64,000 nucleotides of DNA from Bacillota bacterium (GTDB lineage Bacteria; Bacillota; Negativicutes; CTSoil-072), in assembly GCA_017889545.1 (NCBI GenBank), contig JAGFZV010000011.1, forward strand, positions 17,247 to 81,246. The letters are read 5' to 3'. Positions 10,446 to 19,897 of the stretch are shown here, piece by piece; the stretch's first letter is position 1, and the number at the start of each line of letters is the position of its first letter. A model generated the notes under the pieces. That model had not been told where the DNA came from and did not search any database. It saw nothing but the letters and a program-made list of their open reading frames with translations. The position numbers were made by a program, and so were the translations under genes.

Positions 10446-10564
10446 ACGAATTTCTCCTTTCTCCCGTCGCATCAATTAATAAAAAAGAAGGCCACAAGCG
10501 ATGGGACAGCGGGTAATTTGTTCCATTCTACCATTTCGATTGCAGAACAACGGTTTCCTTCTTC

Positions 10565-11941
10565 TCATCCAAAATAGCGACCCCAAAAATAAGCAAACAA
10601 TATTCCTTCCCCAAAGAGCAGTGAACTATAAACCCAGTTCCACGAAATAGAAATATCCATCGTCCGGCAATTGAGGAACTTGGAAAGCATCAGGACCATG
10701 CCCGCAAAAGGCGATACGATATAGGAAATCGATCCTCCCAATGCCAGGCATAACGCAATGGAAATCGCAGGAATGGGCAGTTGCAAGGAAGTAAGGATAT
10801 GACCAAACATCACAATCGAAATAAAAGGATGAATTCCGATGATCGCACATAGGATCAGCAAAACCGGAATTACTGCTATGGCATAAATTCCTACCGCATT
10901 CGCTCCGGCTTGCAAATACGGCTGAAGCAATGCGAGCAAACCGGATTTTTGCAGGGCTGTTGAAAAAATCCCCATCGATATGAATAATGGCGCTAAATCG
11001 ACCGTTTTTAAAAGATCTTTGTTCCAATAATTCTGTATTGTTTTTGCGAAACCAGGTTGTTTAACAAAAAAGCCGATCCAGAGCAAAACGACAATTGCGC
11101 CGGCAACCATGATTCGATTGGCAGGTGAAGCACCAAAATTAATTTTTTCTAAAAACAGGATGAAAATCAAAAGCCCCAGCACCACAGCCATAACAGGAAC
11201 CGCCTTCTTACTGACGAACGCTGCACTTGCCTGAGATTTGCCAACAGGCTCTTGTGCAAAATTCATTTTATCTGATACGTGATATTTTTTCTCCAGACAG
11301 CAAGAAGTCGCAATGCCGATTATGCTCAAAATCATACTGGGAATAAGGAGTTCACTCCACTTAACCCCAGTTGCTTGAATAACCAGCATCACATTGATTG
11401 CCCCGGGAGCCCATAAAACAACCAGTCCGAAACCGCGTGTGACTGCAGCTGAAATAAACCGTTCATACTGCGATATCCTGCCTTTCAGCGTATCTCCCAA
11501 TAATGAAACCATGACCGGTATAACGCCAAAACTCAAGATACTCGCAAGGATGTGGCTAACGATGGTAGCGAAAAGAAAAAGCGCATTTTCTCCTGTAAAC
11601 GATTTGGTTAACCAATTTCGCACTGCCAAGTGAACATTACCCAATTGAATGGGAATCGAGTATAATTGCATGATAGCCAATATTGAGATAAGACTTGTCA
11701 TAGAAACGACTGCAGCGATCCATACCGATGACGGCTGCTGAAAAAAAAGCAGCAACCCTATACCGAGAAATAAAAACACGATCGTAATTTTTTTAAACCC
11801 TTTGCCCATCAGGGGGAGACTCGAGAAGAGCACGGTAACGGCAGCAGCAAAAACGGCTGGAGTTAAATCAATTGGTATAAGCGGCATAAAGAATTGCAAT
11901 GCAGCTAAAGACAATATGGAAATTTTACAAAAATAATACAT
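10565..11941 (-). CDS. Polytopic membrane protein, probable transporter
   Basis: 458 aa, about 12 hydrophobic segments, RBS ggaggagagg; family not recognised. Confidence 0.7.
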   Translation of the reverse strand: MYYFCKISILSLAALQFFMPLIPIDLTPAVFAAAVTVLFSSLPLMGKGFKKITIVFLFLGIGLLLFFQQPSSVWIAAVVSMTSLISILAIMQLYSIPIQLGNVHLAVRNWLTKSFTGENALFLFATIVSHILASILSFGVIPVMVSLLGDTLKGRISQYERFISAAVTRGFGLVVLWAPGAINVMLVIQATGVKWSELLIPSMILSIIGIATSCCLEKKYHVSDKMNFAQEPVGKSQASAAFVSKKAVPVMAVVLGLLIFILFLEKINFGASPANRIMVAGAIVVLLWIGFFVKQPGFAKTIQNYWNKDLLKTVDLAPLFISMGIFSTALQKSGLLALLQPYLQAGANAVGIYAIAVIPVLLILCAIIGIHPFISIVMFGHILTSLQLPIPAISIALCLALGGSISYIVSPFAGMVLMLSKFLNCRTMDISISWNWVYSSLLFGEGILFAYFWGRYFG

Positions 11942-11971
11942 TGCACGCCTCTCCTCCCTATGAAAATTTTT

Positions 11972-12001
11972 AAGACCCCGCGCCGTTAAGGCCGGGGTCT
12001 T
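11972..12001. other. GC-rich hairpin between the Mo-enzyme gene and the transporter gene
   Basis: aagaccccg...cggggtctt; no clear U-tract on the sense (minus) strand. Confidence 0.6.
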
Positions 12002-12010
12002 CTTGGCCCA

Positions 12011-14191
12011 TCATGCGCGTGACACACGACAAGGCAAACCGTTATACGCAGAGGTCCCGATCAACGGATCCGCTGTTTCATAGTCGGCATTCGTTAAAAT
12101 GTTGGCGTTGGCAATCCATAGCCCGCCCAAACTGGGTTCAGCCGCTTCCATTTCCGGATACCACCAGCCATATTCCACGCTGATTACCTGATCACACATC
12201 GCAGTAATTTTTACAACAAAGCGGGCTTTCCCTCGCTCCGTTTCGACCCATACCGGACACCCGTCCTCCAACCCCAAGCGGGAGGCCGTACCGGCGCTCA
12301 TTTCCGCCCAAGCTTCAGGGTGAATGGCTCTGAGTGTATCAAACTGGCGAAAACTCGATGCATAATAAGGTTGAAACCGTGCGCCTGTTATCAGTCGCAA
12401 AGGGAAATCCTGCTGCTCTGCAAGCGGAATTTTCGGTACCGGCAAAGGATCATAACCAATCTCTGAAAAAAGTTCGCTGTACAATTCTATTTTCCCGCTG
12501 ATCGTAGCAAAGCCAATCGGTTCTCCGGTCTGCGGATTTATTTGCGCGTATTTTTGATGATCTTCCGGCGGACAATACAGTCCCGTGTCGCAAAAATCAT
12601 TCCAAGTAAAGCCGGTAGGAGCCAATGTCGCTTCCAGGCTGGCAACAAGGCTTTCCCATGGCCACTCGGTTTCTTGTCCAAGACGCAATCCCAGTTCCCG
12701 CCAAAAATCGTAATCAGTCCGACGCTCATAATAGGGTTTAACCGCCTGTCCGCCGCCATAGGCGATATTCGCCGTCCCGGCCTTGGTTTCAAACAACGGG
12801 CGCTCCAAGGCGCCGGCGCTGGGCAAAACATAATCCGCCAGCATAGAAGTTGGCGTTTGGAACAATTCCAAGACGACCAGCAAGTCCAAACTCTTTAATG
12901 CTTCATAGATCAGCTTCGTATCGGCTTGGGTCAACAATGGGTTGGTTGCCATAACAACCAGCGATCGCACCGGATAAGGTTTGTTGGTTACCATTGCTTT
13001 CCAAACCAAGTTCGGTTGCGCAGACGTCAAATACCGCATCGGCAGCCGTTTCCCATGCTGAAGAGTCAACTGCCGAACCCGTTCATACCCTGAATAGGAT
13101 TGCAACGCTAATTCGTTCAGTTGCTTTTGGCGTGCTTCTTGCGGAAACTGCTCACTCAACTCCAAGTCCAGTTCCGGAATGAAGTCCGGCATCTCGTTTA
13201 GATGGGAAGCGCCGGGCAAATCCACGTTGCCGGTAATCGCCTTTAAGATCGCCAACGCATGATGGGTTGGAACACTGTCACAGCCAATTTGATCAATGCC
13301 CCGCCCCGAAAACAAAGTCGCCGGGGCGCTTTGCGCATACAATCGCGCCGCTTGGACAATTACGCCTGCTTCAATGCCGGTAATTTTTTCTACATATTTA
13401 GGGGTGTAAGAAGCGACATGTTCGATCAAACGCTCAAACCCATGGCACCAGTTTTTTACAAACTCGGCATTATACAGCCGTTCCGTAATGATGACGTGCA
13501 ACAATCCAAGCGCTAAAACACTATCCGTTCCCGGCCGCACCGGCAGCCAGAGAGTGGCCAATTCCGCAGTTCGCGTTCGCCTTGGATCCACCACAATGAT
13601 CGGCTTGCCCGTCTTCCTAAACCGTACCACTTCTCGCCATAACAAGGAATTATCCGACTCTGACGGATTTACACCCCAGAACATTGCACAGGTTGTATTC
13701 TCTGTGTCCAACTCACTTTCCATTGGCCAGCCAAAAATCAACGTATTGAGCCAAATCCCTGGGTTCCAACAGATCTGGCCAATTCCCATATTGTTTGGAC
13801 TGCCAAACAGGTTCATAAAGCGATGTAATGGCCAATAAACAGCATGAGGCCCTCCGATGCAGGTCGCCAGCATCTCCGGCCCATACCGTTCCTTAAGGGA
13901 CTGCATTTTTTCGGCAATTTCATCCATTGCCTGCTCCCAAGTAATTTGCTGCCATTGTCCGCTGCCGCGTTCGCCTACCCGTTTCAGCGGGTAATTAACC
14001 CGCTTGGGGTGGTCAATAAATTCCGGCGCTAAACGCCATCGATAACAGCCGCGTTGAATACTTTCGTCGCCGGGATATTGAGTAGGATCCGGGTGAACTG
14101 CTTTAACTTGTCCGTTTTCAGTCACTGCCATTAATCCGCACTGATAACCGCAAAAACGACAGTTCGTTTTAAGAAGTTGTTCTTCTGCCAT
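12011..14191 (-). CDS. Molybdopterin oxidoreductase catalytic subunit (DMSO reductase family, acetylene-hydratase-like clade), paralog B
   Basis: CRFCGYQC...C cluster motif, RFMNLFGSPN, GQICWNP (Cys ligand), DPRRT, ADYVLP, GWWYPE; no Tat signal. Confidence 0.88.
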   Translation of the reverse strand: MAEEQLLKTNCRFCGYQCGLMAVTENGQVKAVHPDPTQYPGDESIQRGCYRWRLAPEFIDHPKRVNYPLKRVGERGSGQWQQITWEQAMDEIAEKMQSLKERYGPEMLATCIGGPHAVYWPLHRFMNLFGSPNNMGIGQICWNPGIWLNTLIFGWPMESELDTENTTCAMFWGVNPSESDNSLLWREVVRFRKTGKPIIVVDPRRTRTAELATLWLPVRPGTDSVLALGLLHVIITERLYNAEFVKNWCHGFERLIEHVASYTPKYVEKITGIEAGVIVQAARLYAQSAPATLFSGRGIDQIGCDSVPTHHALAILKAITGNVDLPGASHLNEMPDFIPELDLELSEQFPQEARQKQLNELALQSYSGYERVRQLTLQHGKRLPMRYLTSAQPNLVWKAMVTNKPYPVRSLVVMATNPLLTQADTKLIYEALKSLDLLVVLELFQTPTSMLADYVLPSAGALERPLFETKAGTANIAYGGGQAVKPYYERRTDYDFWRELGLRLGQETEWPWESLVASLEATLAPTGFTWNDFCDTGLYCPPEDHQKYAQINPQTGEPIGFATISGKIELYSELFSEIGYDPLPVPKIPLAEQQDFPLRLITGARFQPYYASSFRQFDTLRAIHPEAWAEMSAGTASRLGLEDGCPVWVETERGKARFVVKITAMCDQVISVEYGWWYPEMEAAEPSLGGLWIANANILTNADYETADPLIGTSAYNGLPCRVSRA

Positions 14192-14211
14192 CGCATTACC
14201 CCGAGCAATGA

Positions 14212-15513
14212 TTACTTGCTCTTCCTTTTCCCATCAATATCAGTCAATTGGAACACACAAAATGGAACAATATGGCCGTCCGGCCCTGTAACCGTCATAC
14301 TGCATTCTCTAAGTTTTTTTAGATCAAAATTCATCGCATCCATAAAATTCATCATAACAATCGACAAGCCTGGCTCCAATTCCGGAAACATTTTGTCGGC
14401 AAGATCAGGAAACACCGACCCTTGCGGGCTGTCCGAATCAAAATTATTAATATATTCTTGAGGAGTGATCATGGAAGTTAACGGCTTAATCACGCCTTGA
14501 TCCTCAATAAGGTATGTAGCCGCATCACATAGCGGATGCGAACAGCCCAGAGGCCAAAAGTCGTAAGGCTTCAAAATTCCATTGCTCTGTTCCGCCAGCA
14601 TAAACGCCACATTGCCAATTGTTAAACGTTGTTCCGGAACAACATCAAACCGGCCGGATCCAAACGCCGGCTGGTAAGCAATACCCGCAATCACATCCCG
14701 ATTTTTCAATGCAAATTCCAAGACGGCGCCCATTTGGTCATCGTTGATCCCTGAGATCACCGTCATGGCAAGAACGACCTGAACACCGGCTGCTCGGCAG
14801 TTTTCAATCGCCTGTAATTTCATCGGCAGTATATCCGCGCCACGGATTGTCTGATAAACCTCATTGGTCATACCGTCAAACTGCAGATAAACTCCACTGA
14901 TCCCGGCTTCTCTCAACCGCGCCAAATAAGCTGGGTCCTGCGCGATTACCATTCCGTTAGTATTGATTTCAATCGCTATAAAACCAATTTGTCTTCCCAA
15001 TGCGACAATTTCCGGTAAGTCTTGCCGGGTTGTAGGTTCTCCGCCCGTCAATTGAATACTGGTTAACGGACCGGTTTTCGCTAAAATGTCTTTATACATC
15101 GCTTCAAAAACCGCCATGTCCGGATCCGGCGGGGCGGATGCCTGTACTTCGCCTGCTGCCATAAAACAAACCGGACAACGCAAATTACACTTTTGTGTCG
15201 TTTCAAACTCAACTAAAGTAGGATGCCTCAAATGCGCTGAACATAACCCGCAATCCTGGGGACAGCCTTGCAGAGAAGGAGTAGGCTGCGATGGCCGAAC
15301 GTACGGGAATTGGAAACCTTTCATCCATTGATAGTGGTCGACATCCGGCCACAGATAGGCTGTAAACGGTCCATGCTCCGGACATGTTTTTTCCATGTAC
15401 ACAGCTTTGCCTTTAGTAACGATTTCTGCTTCAATAACATTCAGGCAGACCGGGCAAACGCTTTTCGTCGTGTCCAGGACATCATTTTTCACAGTATTTT
15501 CAGCTGATTGCAT
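14212..15513 (-). CDS. Radical SAM protein, MJ0619/Tes-like family
   Basis: CPVC..CPEHG, CPQDCGLCSAH, CNLRCPVC SAM motif, GGEP, C-terminal REC...IVPFC. Confidence 0.8.
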   Translation of the reverse strand: MQSAENTVKNDVLDTTKSVCPVCLNVIEAEIVTKGKAVYMEKTCPEHGPFTAYLWPDVDHYQWMKGFQFPYVRPSQPTPSLQGCPQDCGLCSAHLRHPTLVEFETTQKCNLRCPVCFMAAGEVQASAPPDPDMAVFEAMYKDILAKTGPLTSIQLTGGEPTTRQDLPEIVALGRQIGFIAIEINTNGMVIAQDPAYLARLREAGISGVYLQFDGMTNEVYQTIRGADILPMKLQAIENCRAAGVQVVLAMTVISGINDDQMGAVLEFALKNRDVIAGIAYQPAFGSGRFDVVPEQRLTIGNVAFMLAEQSNGILKPYDFWPLGCSHPLCDAATYLIEDQGVIKPLTSMITPQEYINNFDSDSPQGSVFPDLADKMFPELEPGLSIVMMNFMDAMNFDLKKLRECSMTVTGPDGHIVPFCVFQLTDIDGKRKSK

Positions 15514-15579
15514 AACCTAATCTCCTAACCTAATCAATGCTCATATTTTATAATCGCATATTTTTTATTCATTATTCAC

Positions 15580-15626
15580 ACGACCTGTTTATCCCCGTCC
15601 TTTTGGTACGGGGATAAACAGGCCGT
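15580..15626. other. Long intra-operon hairpin
   Basis: cctgtttatccccgt / acggggataaacagg, 15-bp perfect stem, no U-tract. Confidence 0.7.
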
Positions 15627-15645
15627 AGTGAATATTCGACAACCC

Positions 15646-16569
15646 TTATTTATTCCATGCTTTAAGGAACGCTTCATTCCCCTTCGGCAATCTGGAACGA
15701 TATTTTTGTTCGCCCGGGAACCAGGTACGGTCTTCACCGCCACGAACAACCAGCATACGCATCAGAGCGCCGCCCAACAGCACTAACGCTGCGCCGACTG
15801 CCTGGAGGCTTGGTGAAGACGACAAGGATAACACTAACGGCGCCAAGGTCCCGAATAACAGGAACCCATATTGGAAGCTAGAGGAAAGATCCCCATTGAT
15901 CCATCGTTGCGTGGCAATTGATTCCGACGTAGTGCCACCGCTTTTCTTCACCCAAATATAGCCAAACCACAACAGCAGTTGAAAAGCCAGTAATCCAGCC
16001 GTGAACTTGGGGAACATTCCCAAAACATCAGTCAGTGTAGACGGCGGGAAAACAAAACCAGCTAAGCTGTGCGCTGCAAAACCGGTAACCAGTGAAGAAA
16101 GCAAAAACAGGATCATAATCCCAGGTCCATGCCAGAACGGACGGCCTTTATGGCGTCCCAGCAAAATGCCAGGGTAAGTAGCTACTACTAAACCAGTGAT
16201 GAAACAAAGGGCCGCCAGAACTTTACGAGCGAATACCCAACTGCTCCAGAAAAACATATCGAGACCAAACGTAGCATACACGAGACCAAACGTAATCGCA
16301 AAGGACATAAACCAAGCGCCGGCAGTCAGGATCGCCTTCGGATTCACAAATACCCGCAAGGCCTGAAACGGACGGCCCAACTCCAAAATCAGCAGGGATG
16401 ATCCGATGCCGATGAATACCGGTCCAAGCACATTCCCAAGCAGAGAGGTTCTTCCCTCGCCGACAAACAAATCCAAGAGCCCAACAATAACAAGCATTCC
16501 GCCGCCCATTCCCGCAAAGAAGAAATCGACAGCCAACATCCAGCCCCAAACATCATGCTTTTGACTCAT
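15646..16569 (-). CDS. NrfD/PsrC-type membrane anchor subunit
   Basis: WGWMLAVDFFFAGMGGG, LILELGRP, YPGILL, about 8 TM helices. Confidence 0.88.
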   Translation of the reverse strand: MSQKHDVWGWMLAVDFFFAGMGGGMLVIVGLLDLFVGEGRTSLLGNVLGPVFIGIGSSLLILELGRPFQALRVFVNPKAILTAGAWFMSFAITFGLVYATFGLDMFFWSSWVFARKVLAALCFITGLVVATYPGILLGRHKGRPFWHGPGIMILFLLSSLVTGFAAHSLAGFVFPPSTLTDVLGMFPKFTAGLLAFQLLLWFGYIWVKKSGGTTSESIATQRWINGDLSSSFQYGFLLFGTLAPLVLSLSSSPSLQAVGAALVLLGGALMRMLVVRGGEDRTWFPGEQKYRSRLPKGNEAFLKAWNK

Positions 16570-17129
16570 CAGAGCTTCACCTCCGAATCGACAATATAAA
16601 ACACGTACGGTTCCGTGTTCAGTTCTCCCAATAAGCGTACTGGGTAGCCATTGTTTACCAATTTGTAAACCTCACTGGTAGGATCATCCATATCGCCAAA
16701 AATACGCGCCTTTTGGTGACAGGTCTTTACGCAATGCGGCAGCTTGCCTTCATCAACCCGGTCCATACAGAAATTACATTTCTGTATCGTTCCCTTTTCA
16801 TGATTGGGGACCCGCGCTCCATACGGACAAGCCATAACACAAGCTTTACAGCTGATACATTTTTTTTCTTCGACGAAAACAATTCCATCCGGACGCTGTT
16901 GAGACGCGCCGGTAGGACAAGCATCCACACAAGGCGAATTATCGCAATGCATGCATATGAGAGGCAGGTTCGTCATACGAACGTTAGGAAAAACTCCGGT
17001 AGGTCCAACCGTTACTACTGGATTATAGATCATGTCCAGAGGCAATTCATTGTGCACTCTGCAAGCAACCGTGCACGAATGGCATCCGACACACCGCCGC
17101 GTATCCATAACCATTGCATAGCGTGCCAT
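16569..17129 (-). CDS. 4Fe-4S dicluster electron-transfer subunit (DmsB/PsrB-like)
   Basis: CVGCHSCTVAC, CMHCDNSPCVDACP, CISCKACVMACP, KCNFC...CVKTC. Confidence 0.92.
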   Translation of the reverse strand: MARYAMVMDTRRCVGCHSCTVACRVHNELPLDMIYNPVVTVGPTGVFPNVRMTNLPLICMHCDNSPCVDACPTGASQQRPDGIVFVEEKKCISCKACVMACPYGARVPNHEKGTIQKCNFCMDRVDEGKLPHCVKTCHQKARIFGDMDDPTSEVYKLVNNGYPVRLLGELNTEPYVFYIVDSEVKL

Positions 17130-17130
17130 C

Positions 17131-19371
17131 TTATTTCGCCTCCTTTTCATTCTCTGCCGTTACTTTATATACTTTGCATAATAAGCCACGGTTCGCCCAA
17201 GAGCCGCTCATAGGATCACAATCATCATCATCACAACTGGTCAAAATATTCGTGTTTGATTCCAAACAACCGCCCAGTTCCGGATCACGCATATCGCGTT
17301 CCGGGTACCACCAGCCACGCGGGGTGAAAATGACACGCGGGTCAATGGCTTGCGTCAAATTGGCTTTTTGCTTGATCCGGCCGCGCTTGGTTTCAATCCA
17401 AACCCAATCGCCCTCTTCAATCGACAATTTGGCTGCTGCCGCCGGGTTCATGCTCATGTAAGGCTCGTGGCTGAGGAACCGCAATGTCTTAATTTGGAAA
17501 TGTTCGGAATGATGGTATGGCATGTGACCGCCGCCGGTGGTCAGCACAAACGGATATTCCGCCGCAATTTCCGGATCATCTGTTTCATTTTCTGCCGGCC
17601 CGATGTATGGCGGAAGAGGCGGATAGCCTAATGCTTCCAGCGTGCTGGAATATAACTCCACTTTTCTCGAAGGAGTGGCAAACCCAATTCGCTTGTATTT
17701 CTGATATTCACGTTCTGGAAAATGGAAACGGTGGTTTTCAACAAATTCATCGTAACTTTCCACCCCGTAGCCCAGCGGTTCAATTTTAGCAAAATAAGCG
17801 TCTTCTACGGTTTCCCACGGCCACATTTCCTTTTGTCCCAGCTTGACACCTAAATCGCGCCAGAAATTATAATCGTTGCGGCGTTCATACATTGGCTGGA
17901 TGGCCCGTTGCGATGCCAGCAAAAAGTCAGCACACCCGTAGGAACTGGTAATTGTCGGCCGTTCCAGCGCGCCGGCAATCGGCAACACGTAATCCGAAAG
18001 CATTGCTGTCGGAGTCAGCCAATATTCACAGGTAACCATGAACTCAACAGCCTTCAACGCTGCCAATGTCAGTTTCGTTTCACCATAAGAATTGATCGGA
18101 TTGGTGGCCGAAACCAAAAGCGCTTTGACCGGATATGGTTTTTCCGTCAGGATCGCCCGGAATACAGATGGCGGATGGGCTTCACACATCCACTCGGCGG
18201 TCGGAGCTTTTCCCCACACTTCTTTCGTCAATTCAGCGATGCGGCTATAGCCCGGCCAGGTAACCATTTTAAATTTATCGGAACCAATTTGTTTGGCTTT
18301 CTGCTCTTCCGGCAACTGGTCATTCGCTTCCATTTCTTCGTCCGTGACATACTCAAGACTGGGACCGGTCAAAAGGTCAGAACCAGGAACATCCAAATTA
18401 CCGGTAATCGCGCGCAATAAAGCACGTGCGTGCATCGCTGCTCCGGCCGGTTTGCCGATTTGGTCAATGGACGTACCCCATTGAATATTTCCCGGCTTAT
18501 TGGAAGCATACATGATCGCACTTTCACGGATCTGCTCTTCGGTCAGCCAAGTCAGCGGCGCTGCCCACTCCGGTGAAAAGTCCGCAACATGTTCTGCCAA
18601 TTCACCAAACCCAACGCACCATTCGTCCGTAAATTCCGGATCGAACAGTCCTTCATAAATGATGACATGCAGCCAAGCCAGCGCCAGTGCCAAGTCCGAT
18701 CCAGGACGAATCGGCAGCCACATATCCGCTTTGGCGGCTGTTTCTGAATAACGAGGATCTATAACGATCAGTTTGAGGCCTTTTTCTTTTAATTCCATAA
18801 TATGATGTATTTCCGGCATGCCGGAAACGCCCGGATTTTGCCCCCACAAAACCAGACAGCGGCTGCTGCCCAAGTCCAAGTCAAACGGGCACCATCCGTA
18901 GATCGCCGTTTCTACCATGAATGTAGGAATCCAGCACAGATGAGAGTTGTGAAATCCATTGGGGCTGCCAAACAAGTTCATAAATCTCCGGCGGGCCCAG
19001 TCGTCTGTTCGCTGAGTTCCGCCAGCCGTAGCAACAGCCTCTGCACCAAATTCATCACGAATATTGGCAAGCTTCTCGGCAATTTCCGTCAACGCCTGAT
19101 CCCAAGAAATTTCTTGCCATTGTCCGGCACCGCGTTCACCAACCCGTTTCAACGGAAAATTTACCCGCGCCGGATGGTCAAGATGGTCCATGGCAATATT
19201 TCCCCGGCAGCACAATCCGCCCTGATTAGTAGGAAAATCAGGATCTCCCTCGATATCAAGGACTTTGCCGTCTTTTACATAAGCCAGTACCCCACAATTC
19301 TGGTGGCAAAAGTAACAGGCGGATTTTTTCACTTGAATACCTTCTTGTTGTAAATCAATATTCTTGCTCAT
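17131..19371 (-). CDS. Molybdopterin oxidoreductase catalytic subunit, paralog A
   Basis: CYFCHQNC...C, RRFMNLFGSPN, HLCWIP (Cys ligand), HHSEH, GWWYPE; RBS gggagg; no Tat signal; start at ATG 19371. Confidence 0.9.
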   Translation of the reverse strand: MSKNIDLQQEGIQVKKSACYFCHQNCGVLAYVKDGKVLDIEGDPDFPTNQGGLCCRGNIAMDHLDHPARVNFPLKRVGERGAGQWQEISWDQALTEIAEKLANIRDEFGAEAVATAGGTQRTDDWARRRFMNLFGSPNGFHNSHLCWIPTFMVETAIYGWCPFDLDLGSSRCLVLWGQNPGVSGMPEIHHIMELKEKGLKLIVIDPRYSETAAKADMWLPIRPGSDLALALAWLHVIIYEGLFDPEFTDEWCVGFGELAEHVADFSPEWAAPLTWLTEEQIRESAIMYASNKPGNIQWGTSIDQIGKPAGAAMHARALLRAITGNLDVPGSDLLTGPSLEYVTDEEMEANDQLPEEQKAKQIGSDKFKMVTWPGYSRIAELTKEVWGKAPTAEWMCEAHPPSVFRAILTEKPYPVKALLVSATNPINSYGETKLTLAALKAVEFMVTCEYWLTPTAMLSDYVLPIAGALERPTITSSYGCADFLLASQRAIQPMYERRNDYNFWRDLGVKLGQKEMWPWETVEDAYFAKIEPLGYGVESYDEFVENHRFHFPEREYQKYKRIGFATPSRKVELYSSTLEALGYPPLPPYIGPAENETDDPEIAAEYPFVLTTGGGHMPYHHSEHFQIKTLRFLSHEPYMSMNPAAAAKLSIEEGDWVWIETKRGRIKQKANLTQAIDPRVIFTPRGWWYPERDMRDPELGGCLESNTNILTSCDDDDCDPMSGSWANRGLLCKVYKVTAENEKEAK

Positions 19372-19503
19372 GTTGCCTCCCTTCAGGCGTTCCCAGATTA
19401 CCAATTTTCTTTCCAAAGCTTGACTATCCCGACTTGCCAATGCAAGTTATAGCTTTTCGCCCGGACCTCAATTCGGTTGTTCGCGTCGCCTGAACCTTAT
19501 TCA

Positions 19504-19520
19504 TGCAATAAACGTGCCAG
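19504..19520 (-). promoter_or_regulatory. sigma54 -24/-12 promoter
   Basis: CTGGCACGTTTATTGCA, matches TGGCACG-N4-TTGC. Confidence 0.9.
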
Positions 19521-19605
19521 TCCGTCAGCAGGCGGGCTAAATGGCTTAATATTGCGATTACACTGGATTTTCACTGCATTTTCTAAGAAAATCTGCATGT
19601 ATTGT

Positions 19606-19622
19606 CGTGTCAAAATGATACG
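19606..19622. promoter_or_regulatory. Putative enhancer-binding-protein site (UAS)
   Basis: CGTGTCAAAATGATACG, identical to 22180-22196; pseudo-palindrome GTRTCA-WWW-TGAYAC. Confidence 0.7.
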
Positions 19623-19669
19623 CTAATCCAAACAAATTGCCAAAAAGAAAAGTATTCTGCCGATTCCGA

Positions 19670-19697
19670 TTTTGCGATTGCTTTATCATTTTAAGAT
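19670..19697. promoter_or_regulatory. 28-bp upstream motif, copy 1
   Basis: TTTTGCGATtgctttaTCATTTTAAGAT; related copies at 41712 and 46287. Confidence 0.65.
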
Positions 19698-19897
19698 CTT
19701 TTCGTCTGTTTTTTCCGCAAAAGCGATAAGGAATTGAAAAAAAATATAACGCATTATAAAAAAACCTTGATTCGAGTTGGTTTTGAAAATTTTCCGGAGT
19801 TTAATCCCCGTATTTTGAATAAAAAAAAGAGCTTGCCTCTCTGCAAACTCTCGTTTTCATCACACGCCAAAGAAAATGCACACCACCGATTTTTCGA

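Noticed and set aside
11942-12013. UGA stop of catalytic B is in frame with the downstream transporter across 23 sense codons, with a hairpin about 9 nt after it (possible Sec read-through fusion)
   Set aside because: The UGA is at the natural C-terminus, not a catalytic position; the loop (UUAAC) lacks the SECIS G; the downstream gene has its own strong RBS; chance explains it
12011-19371. Calling paralogs A/B acetylene hydratase, nitrate reductase or DMSO reductase
   Set aside because: The Asp13 equivalent is absent, there are no Tat signals, and the ligand context is Cys in an AH-like clade; only a family-level call is supportable
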